Shown: positions 1 to 9,832 of the stretch, piece by piece
Layout of the letters: each line of letters opens with the position of its first letter
Position numbering within the stretch: position 1 is the first letter of the stretch
IMG/VR virus record: IMGVR_UViG_3300020045_002275
Coordinates: 1 to 46,187 of that record
Strand: one strand, 5' to 3'
Source of the DNA: a virus
Taxonomy: Duplodnaviria; Caudoviricetes
Length of the DNA: 46,187 nt
The notes under the pieces: generated by a model
Told to the model about the DNA's origin: nothing
The model's database searches: none
Seen by the model: only the letters and a program-made list of their open reading frames with translations
Program-made: the position numbers and the translations under genes

Positions 1-64
1 CCACCACACGAAAAAAACGGAAACGGCCAATCCACACATACGAATCTATGTAATCTTCCAGGGA

Positions 65-280
65 GTGGATTTGATGAATGAAAAAACCTGGTTTCTCTCT
101 AAAACAATTTGGTTTGCTATTTTAACAGCATTATTACCATTTGTTGATGCTCTACAAGCAAATTTGCGTACAGTTGATCCTATTTTCACAACTGAAACAT
201 CTATTAAGATATTTGCAACAGTAGTGGCTTTAATTAATATAGTTTTACGGTTAGTCACCACCAAACCTATAAAAGTGTAA
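65..280 (+). CDS. small membrane protein, holin-like (segment X; ATG at 74 is an alternative start)
   Basis: Two hydrophobic stretches. N-terminal KTWFLSKTIW and C-terminal LRLVTTKPI resemble small phage holin-like proteins. Stop is TAA. Confidence 0.55.
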   Translation: MDLMNEKTWFLSKTIWFAILTALLPFVDALQANLRTVDPIFTTETSIKIFATVVALINIVLRLVTTKPIKV

Positions 281-300
281 AAAGCAAACACAGGTATAAA

Positions 301-648
301 ATGTCCCCACTCGAAAAATTCGTATCTGCAACCGCTGCAAAAGTAGTTCCACAAGAGAATAGTGGTGGATTAGGTGTAGACTGGATTACACTGATTACAC
401 TGATTACATCAGTTATCCAATCTATTATGCAAAATTGTCCAGCAAAATCCAATGAGGCAATTGCGTCAATTCGTAAACCTAGTTTTCTCCAGAGAGTGCG
501 ACTTTTCCGCGAAGTAAAAGATAATTGCGATTGTTGTGGTAATCGTTATCGAGTAAGAGCAAATGAAATCACACGAGCATTAGAAGAAATTGCGAGCAAT
601 ACATCTGATGAGGAATTAGAGCAAATATTAGATGAGGCATCTGCGTAA
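301..648 (+). CDS. hypothetical protein (segment X)
   Basis: 115-aa ORF tightly packed with neighbours: the stop abuts the next ATG at 649. Contains one hydrophobic helix and a CDCC cluster. Confidence 0.7.
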   Translation: MSPLEKFVSATAAKVVPQENSGGLGVDWITLITLITSVIQSIMQNCPAKSNEAIASIRKPSFLQRVRLFREVKDNCDCCGNRYRVRANEITRALEEIASNTSDEELEQILDEASA

Positions 649-1332
649 ATGCACTACCTAGCAACACTACTACTCTTTTTCCAGCTTATACCGCCGCTGG
701 AACAAAAAGTTTTTCCATCACCTGGAAAAGCTGTAGGAATGGTAATATCAGATGATCCGGCTGGATGGGTAGTAGTAACTAAAGAATTTGAACCAGTTAG
801 TTTAATACTAAAAGATGGAAACGATACAGACGGATATAAAGTTTGTGCATTCGAGGGACCATCAGGTGTTTATGGAGTTTTCCAGTTTCCAAAAGGAAAA
901 TTACAACCTATAGTTACAAAAGTAACTATAGGGCCATTAGTACCTATTCCGCCTGATCCTGATCCTATTCCGCCGGAACCAGACCCTAAACCACCCATAC
1001 CAGTACCTACTGGGGATTTATGGGTTATATTTGTTTATGAAACGGCCGAACCATTAACTAGAGAACAACAAATAGTTTTTGGTTCATCTACTATTACAGC
1101 TTACCTCAATAGTAAGTGTGTAAAAACTTCTGATCGCCCTGCTTGGCGAAAATGGGATAAGGATATAGATGTTTCCAAAGAAACGCCAGAATGGCAAGCT
1201 CTTTGGAATCATGTTAAACCTTCTATAACATCCCTTCCAGCTATGATTGTAGTTTCTAAGAATAAGGCTACGGTTTATGCTGTCATAGATGAAAAAACCA
1301 CTTTAGAAGCTCTAAAGAAACATGGTGGATAA
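649..1332 (+). CDS. secreted or membrane-anchored protein with Pro-rich linker (segment X)
   Basis: Signal-like N-terminus and a PIPPDPDPIPPEPDPKPPIP linker. All 6 Trp codons are TGG. Confidence 0.7.
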   Translation: MHYLATLLLFFQLIPPLEQKVFPSPGKAVGMVISDDPAGWVVVTKEFEPVSLILKDGNDTDGYKVCAFEGPSGVYGVFQFPKGKLQPIVTKVTIGPLVPIPPDPDPIPPEPDPKPPIPVPTGDLWVIFVYETAEPLTREQQIVFGSSTITAYLNSKCVKTSDRPAWRKWDKDIDVSKETPEWQALWNHVKPSITSLPAMIVVSKNKATVYAVIDEKTTLEALKKHGG

Positions 1333-1348
1333 TAAAATTAGGTAAAAC

Positions 1349-1940
1349 ATGGGATTTTCTTCCAGATTAAAGCCGGGCGAATTCATTATCAATGATTCTA
1401 CGCCATTTGACAAATGTATTCCTCCAGAGGGAATGTCAACTGGTTTAATGTTGTTTTCCAGGAAAACGGGATTTGGAGCAATTAGAAATGCTCCGGCTTT
1501 TCCAAAAGAACTTTTAATACCAAGAAGTGAATGGCAAGCCCGAATACAAGAACTGGAAGAAAGAAAAGCTAATCTTAGTGATTTAGTAGATCAAGCTGGT
1601 TTACCTTGTAAAGACCAAAATGGAACAAATTATTGCTGGATAAATGCTCCTACGCATTGTGTGGAAATATTACGAGTAAAACAAAATCAAAAAATGGTAA
1701 TACTTTCTCCAGCTAGTGCTGGAGGACCAATAAAAAACTTTAGAAATGATGGTGGATGGGGACAAGAAGGATTAGAATGGATTGTCGAACATGGATTAGT
1801 TCCAGTAGATAAATGGCCTGCTAATGCAATCAGTAAACAATATTATACAGAAGAAAATAAAAAAATAGCATTAGATTATCGAGTAACAGAATGGAATGAA
1901 TTAGTACCAAGAGATATGGATGAATTAATTTCATGTTTGC
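1349..1940 (+). pseudogene. N-terminal part of a papain-like (C1) cysteine peptidase, truncated at a probable chimeric junction
   Basis: KDQNGTNYCW matches the Gln...Cys-Trp catalytic motif, followed by LSP and GGW. The His/Asn half is absent, and the sequence switches to a crAss-like protein at DELISCL. Confidence 0.65.
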
Positions 1941-2779
1941 GTAATGAAAAAGTGGTAGTAAAATTTGCTCCACGACCAAATAAAAATATAACCGACCCTA
2001 AGCATGAGGTTTATGGAGGTATGGCAAATGGTGCTGTAAGAATATTTACAGTTCAGATGCAAAGAAACTTTCAATTAACCAATCCACTTACTGATTCTGA
2101 GAAAGCATTCTTAGAGGAATATATGGGTATGGAAAAGAATTCATTATCAATTTATAAAAAGGTTGATAATTTTTGGCGTAATCAAAAAGTTATTTTAAAT
2201 AAGTCTAATACATATTTAGATTTATCAATTCCAGAAGATTACATTAAATATAAAATTTTACTTACAAATAAGGATTTAATTTGCCCATCATTAAAAGAGT
2301 TTACTAATGCGCGTAAGGAAACTTATCAGTTCTATATAGTAAATGAAGATGAAGAGATGAAACAATCTAATACAAGTATGACATCTAAGATGGAGGCTAT
2401 GCTTGAACTTGGTAAAATCCTTGAGAATAAACAACTACTTAAATTCGTTATTGAGTCAGTCACTGGTCGTGGACTATCTAAAGCATCTAAACTTGATATG
2501 ATTCAATCAGAAGCATTTAAGATTGTTGAGGCTAATCCTCGCTCATTTTTAGACGCTGTAAAGGATCCAAATCTAAAAACCAAGGTATTACTATCTGAAT
2601 GTGTGGAAAGTGGCGTAGTAGTCATTAGAAGTGGTCTATATTATACTCATGATGGTCAGCCATTGTGTGAGAATAACGAAGATTCAAACCTATCATTTGC
2701 AGTTAAATATTTAAATAGTCCAAAGCGACAAGAAATGCGTATGACACTTGAAGCCAAACTTAAATCTAAAAAAGAATAA
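1919..2779 (+). CDS. 5'-truncated conserved crAss-like protein that normally follows the major capsid gene
   Basis: ISCLRNEKVVVKF...ITDPKHEVYGGMA...LDLSIPEDYIKYKILL resembles, from memory, the post-capsid gene of Crassvirales. Ring and auxiliary-capsid genes follow it. Confidence 0.65.
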   Translation, partial: DELISCLRNEKVVVKFAPRPNKNITDPKHEVYGGMANGAVRIFTVQMQRNFQLTNPLTDSEKAFLEEYMGMEKNSLSIYKKVDNFWRNQKVILNKSNTYLDLSIPEDYIKYKILLTNKDLICPSLKEFTNARKETYQFYIVNEDEEMKQSNTSMTSKMEAMLELGKILENKQLLKFVIESVTGRGLSKASKLDMIQSEAFKIVEANPRSFLDAVKDPNLKTKVLLSECVESGVVVIRSGLYYTHDGQPLCENNEDSNLSFAVKYLNSPKRQEMRMTLEAKLKSKKE

Positions 2780-2784
2780 ATTAA

Positions 2785-3480
2785 ATGGCAAATAACATAG
2801 TAATTGATTCAACTTGAGTCAGGGATAGATTTAATCTACAATATAACAATATATTCAGTAATCAAGCTCCTGGTCTTGTAGATTATGAAATTTCTATGTA
2901 TTTGACTATGGCTCATATTGAGATAATTGATGAATATTCTGATAATGTAGACTTATTTGAAAAGAATAGGTCTTTACTTACAGCCTATTTAATAAATGAC
3001 AAAATAACTGGAGAGATAGCCACTACTCAAGATAGGGGTATAGACTACCAAGTGTTTGAATTCTCTGAGAACTATTGGAAGATAATGAAAGAGTATGCTA
3101 TTACGGACTCAAATCCAACAGGCATTCCTATTAAGCCAATAACGTATGATGGATTCAATACAATGTCCGTCAATCCATTTAAAAAACCTAATGGACTAAA
3201 AGGTTGGAGATTAGATATAAATGCGGATGGTGATTCTGCGAGAGACGTAAAGATACTATTTAAGAAAATAGGTGACACTGATTATATTAAAACATATGAT
3301 GTAGTGTATCTTGTTACTCCAAAGTCATTTGATCTAGAATCTGATATTATACCAAACTCGTTAGATAACAATCCATTCCTTACAGAAAAAATCATAAATC
3401 GCGCTGTGGAATTAGCTACTCGTGATTACAAACCCTCTGATTTACAGACTCAAATGGTAGTAAATAAACGATCAGAATAA
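2785..3480 (+). CDS. tail ring (head-tail connector) protein, 231 aa in code 4
   Basis: ATG 2785 is in frame with the 2896 ORF through TGA 2815. The extension restores FNLQYNNIFSNQAPGLVDYEISMYLT, typical of crAss ring proteins. C-terminus is EKIINRAVELA. Confidence 0.75.
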
Positions 3481-3481
3481 T

Positions 3482-4336
3482 ATGCAAGAAACAGTTTATT
3501 ATATATATAAAATAACCAACAATATAAATGGTATGTTATATATAGGTCAACACTGCTTTAATACTAAAAAAGATTATTATTTTGCACATGGAATATCTCA
3601 TACTGGAAAAATATATGGAGGTCATCATACGTATTTTTGTAGAGCTGTAATAAAGCATGGATTTGAAAATTTTTCAAAAGAAATAATTGAATACTGTAAT
3701 AAGGATAATATTGATGAAAGAGAAATCTTTTATATAAAACATTACAATTCCAAAAATCCAGATGTTGGATATAATTTAACAGATGGTGGCGGTTCGTTAT
3801 CTGGATATAAAATGACAGACGAACACAAAGCTAAAATAGGATTAACCAACAGTATGTGCTCCGAAGAAACTAGAGAGAAACTTAGACTTGCAAATATAGG
3901 TAAAAGACACACTCCAGAATCTATAGAAAAAATGAGACTAATTAAAACTGGGATTAGGCGCTCGGGGGATGCAAAGAGAAAAATTTCAGAGTCAAATAAA
4001 GGTAGAGTTGTATCTATGGAAACTAGAAGAAAAATAGGTGATGCAAATAAAATATCTCTTCTTGGTAAAAAACTATCAGATGAAGTAAAAGAAAAATTAC
4101 GCATATCAAGTACGGGTAGAATTAAAAGTTCTGAAACCAGATTGAAATTATCTATTGCAAATATAGGTAAGAAAGCATCGGATGATGCTAAATTAAAAAT
4201 GTCAATTGCAAAACTTGGCAAAAAACAATCTGAAGAAACAAAATTAAAAAGATCAATAGCTTTAAGAGAATCTTGAGCTAGAAGAAAAGAAAACACATTA
4301 CAATCACAAGTTCAGATAAATAAAAGGTCTGAATAA
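3482..4336 (+). mobile_element. free-standing GIY-YIG homing endonuclease with NUMOD3-like repeats (ends at 4276 if TGA is a stop)
   Basis: YIYKITNNINGMLYIGQ, EREIFYI and GYNLTDGG motifs, followed by many S(E/D)ET(R/K)xKxS-type repeats. The frame continues past TGA 4274 to TAA 4334-4336. Confidence 0.9.
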
Positions 4337-4362
4337 TATTAATTTAATACCATAAATAAACA

Positions 4363-5283
4363 ATGGCTGTTTTTTCAACCAATAGTGTTAGACATTTATT
4401 TGTCGCTAACACTTCGACAGGCGGAGCCGCTGGTCAGTATGTAGGTGCTGTAAAAACTGTAGATAATGAATTGTATCTAAAGTTTATCAATGCGAATACT
4501 CAAACAGTAGCGACCCCGTTGATTCCTATTTCAAAAATTAAAAGTGTATCTAGTAAGGCTTATGCTGCAAAAGTATTGCGCTCTGACACCATTACTATTA
4601 ATACTGCTGTTGTTGGCCAGACCTACAATATTCGTTTTGTATTCCGTAATTGGGGTAGCGGTTCTTCCGAGAATCAATATTTCAAATACAGTGGAACATA
4701 CAAATGTAAAACTGGTGATACAACCACAACTATTGCAACTGCATTAACAGCACTTGCTGTTACAAACTTTGCTCGCGAGGCAACTCCTCTTTTGACTATT
4801 ACATCTAGTGGTGCAGTTATTACTGTTACTGAAATTGCTCAACCATTTGTTAAGGGCAAACAGCAAGGTCGTCCATTGAACTATTATTTCCAATTTGTTC
4901 CTATTACTGATTCTACTGGATCTGAAAATGTTGCATGAGGAACCGTAGCTTCTGTAGCTGTTGGATATGCAGGTCAAGGTACTGCTAATTTAGCTGCTGA
5001 CCAAGAATACTTCTATCTAGGAGAACGTGGAGATAAATATCGTCAAGTTGGATTTCCATATACTTTTGATACTACTTATTTAGTAGATGCATCAAAACAA
5101 TATGATACAATTGATATTACTTATAGTTCTGCTGATTCTGGTGCTGTTGGTGTAGAAAATGATTTACGCGTTATAACTATTCTTTGCGCTAATGGAACTT
5201 CTTCTGCTATTGCAAAACTAATCGCTAGTGACGTAAATACCGCAACTGGACTTACAACTATTCCTGTCGCTCCTGCGGCATAA
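4363..5283 (+). CDS. auxiliary capsid (decoration) protein, 306 aa in code 4
   Basis: MAVFSTNSVRHLFVA N-terminus. The frame is open beyond TGA 4936 and encodes ADQEYFYLGERGDKYRQVGFP, a crAss auxiliary-capsid-like motif. Codon bias looks like that of a highly expressed gene, and a terminator follows. Confidence 0.8.
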
Positions 5284-5290
5284 TAACCTA

Positions 5291-5323
5291 AAGGGTGCGG
5301 TAAACCACCGTGCCCTTTTTTTT
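5291..5323 (+). terminator. intrinsic terminator
   Basis: AAGGGTGCGGT-aaacc-ACCGTGCCCTT followed by a T run, directly after TAA 5283. Confidence 0.9.
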
Positions 5324-5333
5324 GTTAGACATC

Positions 5334-5711
5334 ATGGAAGATAAACAAAAACTTCTGTTAGGTATTACAAACTGTCTGCTTGGTTCATACATTCGCATTA
5401 GAGAAATTCACTGAAACACGCGCAATCAAGCAACACATAACTTAACAAATACGCTTCTGCCGGAAATAATTGACTATATAGATTCTATCATAGAGTTAAT
5501 GTCTGGCGTAATAGAACGTCCTGGATACGATATACTAAAACCTATCATTCCATCAACGAAAGAACTTAAACCAATCTTACAAGCATTGGTTACTAAAATA
5601 GAGACATGCCAAGAATGTCTATCAGATCCTTCATTTAGGGGTATAAATAAAACATTAGATGATTTAATAGCGGACCTTAACCGCTGGTGTTACCTCGCAG
5701 ATAACTTCTAG
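5334..5711 (+). CDS. ferritin/Dps-like four-helix protein, 125 aa in code 4
   Basis: REIH[TGA]NTRNQATHNL gives the Dps-family HW motif when TGA 5412 is Trp. It also has D..IE and a C-terminal YL. Stop is TAG. Confidence 0.7.
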
Positions 5712-5744
5712 TAAATCAATACATTAATAAAATAATAAAAATAT

Positions 5745-6029
5745 ATGGCACTTAGAAATAGACAAGACGGTAAAGTTGAAATTTTTGTAGGAACTCAAAA
5801 AGTAGATGGACTATCTAAAAACGTAATAGAGTTTGACGAATTAGCTCTATCAGCTAACGTCACAACTGCAATAGCAGCAGCAACTACTAAACAAGCATTA
5901 CTTACGTCACTTGGAATACCTGGACCTTACGCGGATGACGCAGCAGCTAAAGCAGCAACACCAGCAGTACCTGTTGGTGGAGTTTACTATATTACAACTA
6001 CATTAAAATTAGCCACCGTAATGGCATAA
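5745..6029 (+). CDS. small virion fibre or decoration-like protein
   Basis: Ala-rich 94-aa ORF with an A-rich leader. The C-terminal YADDAAA...VGGVYY motif resembles short phage fibres. Confidence 0.6.
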   Translation: MALRNRQDGKVEIFVGTQKVDGLSKNVIEFDELALSANVTTAIAAATTKQALLTSLGIPGPYADDAAAKAATPAVPVGGVYYITTTLKLATVMA

Positions 6030-6033
6030 TATT

Positions 6034-8157
6034 ATGGGAGGATATATAAACGGAAAAGTTGAGATTTGGTGCGGAGATTCGCCTCCGTTAAATTTGAATA
6101 CATTATGGCAAAAGAGAATTACAAATAATGGTATTCAATCTACTGTGATGTATGAATATAATTCCAATCTTAATATATGACAAGTTCATAATTTGGAAAA
6201 TATTGCCCAGAATACTGGCACGTCAGAATCCATGTTAATGTCACAGAAATCTATATCCGATTTATTTTCAAATATAAATACTGATATCTATAAAAAATCT
6301 ACAACATTGGATTCCGATCAATCAATATCGTATGCAGACAATCCAACGTCTTACCAATATACTCCACTATCAATAAAATTAAATAAGAAATATATTGGAG
6401 ATGTGTCTACAAATAAAAGATATCTTGCTTGTGGGTTTGATGATTTTAGATCTTCAGATGTATCATGAGTTTCACCATTATTTGAAAAATACGGATTTTC
6501 CGCAACTTTCAATAGAATAAACTCTTCACTTCCAACAAAAAATAATATACTGGACATTTATGATGTATTTTCAAAAAATCATGAATTTGGAGATCACTCA
6601 ATATTGCACGAAATGTTTATATATTATTCACCACTATGAAATGGACAGGACCCAGCATCACCTGAGGGGGCTCAAGTTGCTTTCCCGACCAACAATGATT
6701 TTCGACAAGATCGTGGTGATGGAAAAAATATATTTGGAAAAATACTTACAGATACAATTATAATAGGTTATTTGCAACCTGACTTTGGAGAAAAAACGTG
6801 ACAGGAATTATCTGATGCTGATTGCCAGTATTTAAGGAATTGGTATTCTGTTATTAAAAACGTTGATATAATAAATTATCTTGACTTACTTTCTAACGAG
6901 ATAATTGGGACAACTGGAAGTTCTATTGATAGTTGAAGTGGAACGGAGTATTCTGGTGGTATTTTCACTGGTTGTAAGACATCTTGCAATCATGAGATAT
7001 GAGAAAGAATTTGTTTAATACAAAAACATTACTTTAAAAAATACTTAGGAATAAACCAAGATATAACTGAATGGAGTCTTCCTGGCTCTAAAAATGCTTA
7101 TTTATACCTTGAGGATAATGGCCTATATTACTATGATCGTGAAAAAACTCAGCCAGCAAATGATTCTGCGGAATTTACATCTAGCATCATCTTAGACACT
7201 AACGGAGATGGAATAAATAGGTCGTGGAGATTTGTTTTAAGAAATAATGGGTATAGAGGATTCCACGACTGTTTGTATCCAGGGAGGCATGATGGAAATG
7301 TTTTTTCTGAGATGTCAAATCAATATATAATAAATTCGTCTTATTCAAGATTAGATGGGCTTGTATATCCCACTAAAAGAGATATAGATCAAAGTTATCC
7401 AATTAATTATAGCGAAGAGTATTTTGATGGCGTTGATGATGGCTTAAAGAAAATGTATGAAGATACTAGTATTAATGGGTTTAGGCACTCTATAGAGTCA
7501 ATTAGACAATCATGCGCTAGGGGCATTATTGCTGGTGGATTATGAGATAGTAGCGACTCGTATAGTGATCAAATATACTGAGAGAATATACTGAGGTTTT
7601 GTAGACTTGCAAACATAGAAGTTGTATCTAAAGCTGAGGCGTATGATATCGCATTTAATCGGCATGTATTGAATGGTAATTTATTATATAATCCAAACTT
7701 TGATAATATTGTAGAAAAAGTAATTCCAAACGCTAGTAATATACCAACAAATCCAGATGGATGGGATGGAAGTTGCTCTGTTCTAGATGACCAAAGCTCT
7801 CCCAATGGTATAAATAAAATATTGGTTTGTACTGGGGCTGCATACATGAAACACTTTGGAGTTCCAACTGGGAATCTAACACTTACTTTGTATGCGAGTG
7901 GCAATGGATATCTACAGATTTTTAAAATAAGAAATAAGCAGAATTCATATGAAGTGCCAGATGTCTCTGAAAACATTCACTATATGGAGGTTTCAAATCT
8001 TGAATTCCAAGAGTCTGTTATAAATTTCAATATTAAAAACGAGGATGCGATTACAAGTAGTAAATCTTTTGATGGTCTAGATAATAAAATCTGCGGAATA
8101 TATATATATGTTGGAGGGAATGTAAATATAACACAACCTAAATTAATACTAAACTAA
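6034..8157 (+). CDS. 707-aa protein with polysaccharide deacetylase (NodB/CE4)-like domain, probably virion-associated
   Basis: One frame with no TAA or TAG, and TGA at 6178, 6466, 6637, 6799, 6934, 7000, 7543 and 7579. Motifs: CGFDDF, LFEKYGFSATF, HEFGDHSILH. Confidence 0.75.
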
Positions 8158-8723
8158 TGGCATTAGAAAATAAAAAATTAAGTACATACGATGATTTACT
8201 ATCATCAAATATAGATACAACGACTAAACTTGTGGTGCTAACTGGAGCTACAAAAGTAAATGCTAATCTTCCAGTAACAAGCTTTGTTGAAGACTCATTG
8301 ACATCAAATAGCGTTGTTAAACCATTGTCAGCGGCTAAAGGTAAATCACTTCAAGATACTAAAGCTCCTATTGCTAACCCGACATTTACTGGAACTGTAA
8401 ATGGTATAACTAAAGCTATGGTTGGGCTAGGTAATGTAGATAATACTAGTGACGCAGGCAAACCTATATCAACAGCCACTCAGAATGCTTTAGATCTAAA
8501 ACTTAATGCAAGTTCATTTAATGATTTTATCACACTGCCTGTTTCTGGTGATATTGGAAAATTACTTACTGCAAATGACGATGGTACTGCATCATGAGGA
8601 AATACTATTAATACTCCATTAATTACAAACCTTCAGACATTTGCGGATAATACTGCCGCAGCAGCACTCGAAACCGGCACTATATATAAAACATCTACCG
8701 GTGTTTTAATGATTAAATACTAA
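8157..8723 (+). CDS. tail fibre-like protein, 188 aa in code 4
   Basis: DSLTSNSVVKPLSAAKGKSL and KAMVGLGNVDNTSDAGKPISTATQNALDLK are fibre motifs. The frame is read through TGA 8595 to TAA 8721. Confidence 0.8.
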
Positions 8724-8771
8724 CTATTTTATTATCAATCTATATATTTTTTGAAAAAACACTCAAAAATG

Positions 8772-8803
8772 TTTGGTAGATTGAATAATTTAAATTACCT
8801 TTG
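8772..8803 (+). promoter_or_regulatory. Bacteroidota primary-sigma promoter
   Basis: TTTG (8772-8775), 20-nt spacer, TACCTTTG (8796-8803). This matches the -33/-7 TTTG/TAnnTTTG consensus and is conserved in phage B. Confidence 0.85.
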
Positions 8804-8842
8804 CCTCAATTTATAATTTAAACGTAAATTATAGGTTGGGGC
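8803..8842 (+). promoter_or_regulatory. 18-bp stem-loop overlapping the transcription start region
   Basis: GCCTCAATTTATAATTTA-AACG-TAAATTATAGGTTGGGGC, with three G-U pairs. A near-identical copy lies at 44962-45001. Confidence 0.7.
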
Positions 8843-8878
8843 ATTGTTGTAAATGAGTATTAATTTAAAATAAAATAC

Positions 8879-9832
8879 ATGACTAAAGAAGAGGTTATTG
8901 AGGTATTTAAAGAAAAGAGTTATCTATTAGAAATGGGAGCTTTTAAGATTTCAAAACAATTAAAGACCGATGTAAATATCATCAGAGAAGCACGAGCTAT
9001 TGTTCGTAAAAACATTAAAGAGCTTGGAACTACATATCATCCAAAAGAAGTGGCATTTAAACATGACAAACAAAAGATTTTATTCTTAGATATCGAGACA
9101 GCTCCACTTCGTGCATTTGTGTGGTCAAGATGGAAGCAAAATGTTGGTTTGAGTCAGACTATTTCTGAGTGGTTTATGATTTCTTGGAGTTGTAAATGGT
9201 TGAATGATGATTATGTTTATTCAGATGTATTAAGTCCAAGAGAAGCTGTTGGTGAAGATGATAAGCGTATATGTAATTCATTATGGTATATCCTTAATGA
9301 AGCCGATACCGTAGTCACTCATAATGGAATTTCATTTGACCATAAAAAGATTAATACTAGATTCTTGTTGAATGATTTAATGCCAACAAAACCATTTAGA
9401 ATTATTGATACTCTTAGAGTTATTAAAGATAATTTTGCATTTAGTTCAAATAAATTAGATAATTTATTAATTCAATTTAATCTTCCAAGAAAATTACACA
9501 CAAACTTTGAATTATGGAGTGATTGTCTTGCTGGGAGTGTTGAAGCCTTAACCGAGATGGAAACTTATAATAAGAATGATGTAGTCACTCTTGAAAAAGC
9601 TTTTGACAAACTTAAACCTTGGATTAAGAATTTTCCAAATTATGTATTGTATAATGAACTGTCAGATGCAATGGCGTGTCCAACATGTGGTGACGTTCAT
9701 TTAAATGATATTGGATATTACACTACTGGTGTGTCTAAATACAAAATGTATAGATGTAGTAATTGCAAATCTATATCAAAATTAAGAAAGTCTGAGAAGA
9801 CCAAGGTTTTACTTACAAACAATATAAGATAA
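8879..9832 (+). CDS. RNase H-like DEDD 3'-5' exonuclease with C-terminal Zn ribbon
   Basis: FLDIET, HNGISFD, IDTL and YNKNDV motifs, plus CPTC...CSNC. All 8 Trp codons are TGG. Confidence 0.85.
   Translation: MTKEEVIEVFKEKSYLLEMGAFKISKQLKTDVNIIREARAIVRKNIKELGTTYHPKEVAFKHDKQKILFLDIETAPLRAFVWSRWKQNVGLSQTISEWFMISWSCKWLNDDYVYSDVLSPREAVGEDDKRICNSLWYILNEADTVVTHNGISFDHKKINTRFLLNDLMPTKPFRIIDTLRVIKDNFAFSSNKLDNLLIQFNLPRKLHTNFELWSDCLAGSVEALTEMETYNKNDVVTLEKAFDKLKPWIKNFPNYVLYNELSDAMACPTCGDVHLNDIGYYTTGVSKYKMYRCSNCKSISKLRKSEKTKVLLTNNIR

Noticed and set aside
384-409. GATTACACT triple repeat, and the Pro-codon repeats near 945-1005
   Set aside because: Short in-frame low-complexity coding repeats (ITLITLIT and the Pro linker).
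3742-4296. 184-aa minus-strand ORF and other antisense or overlapping track ORFs (e.g. 46-354, 7569-7976, 14609-14848, 27816-28208, 31926-32282, 41471-41776)
   Set aside because: These are shadows of well-supported genes on the other strand or frame, with no independent signals.
3482-4336. Group I intron carrying the endonuclease
   Set aside because: The ORF abuts the upstream stop and the duplicated gene end, leaving no room for a ribozyme core. The host gene is complete without splicing.
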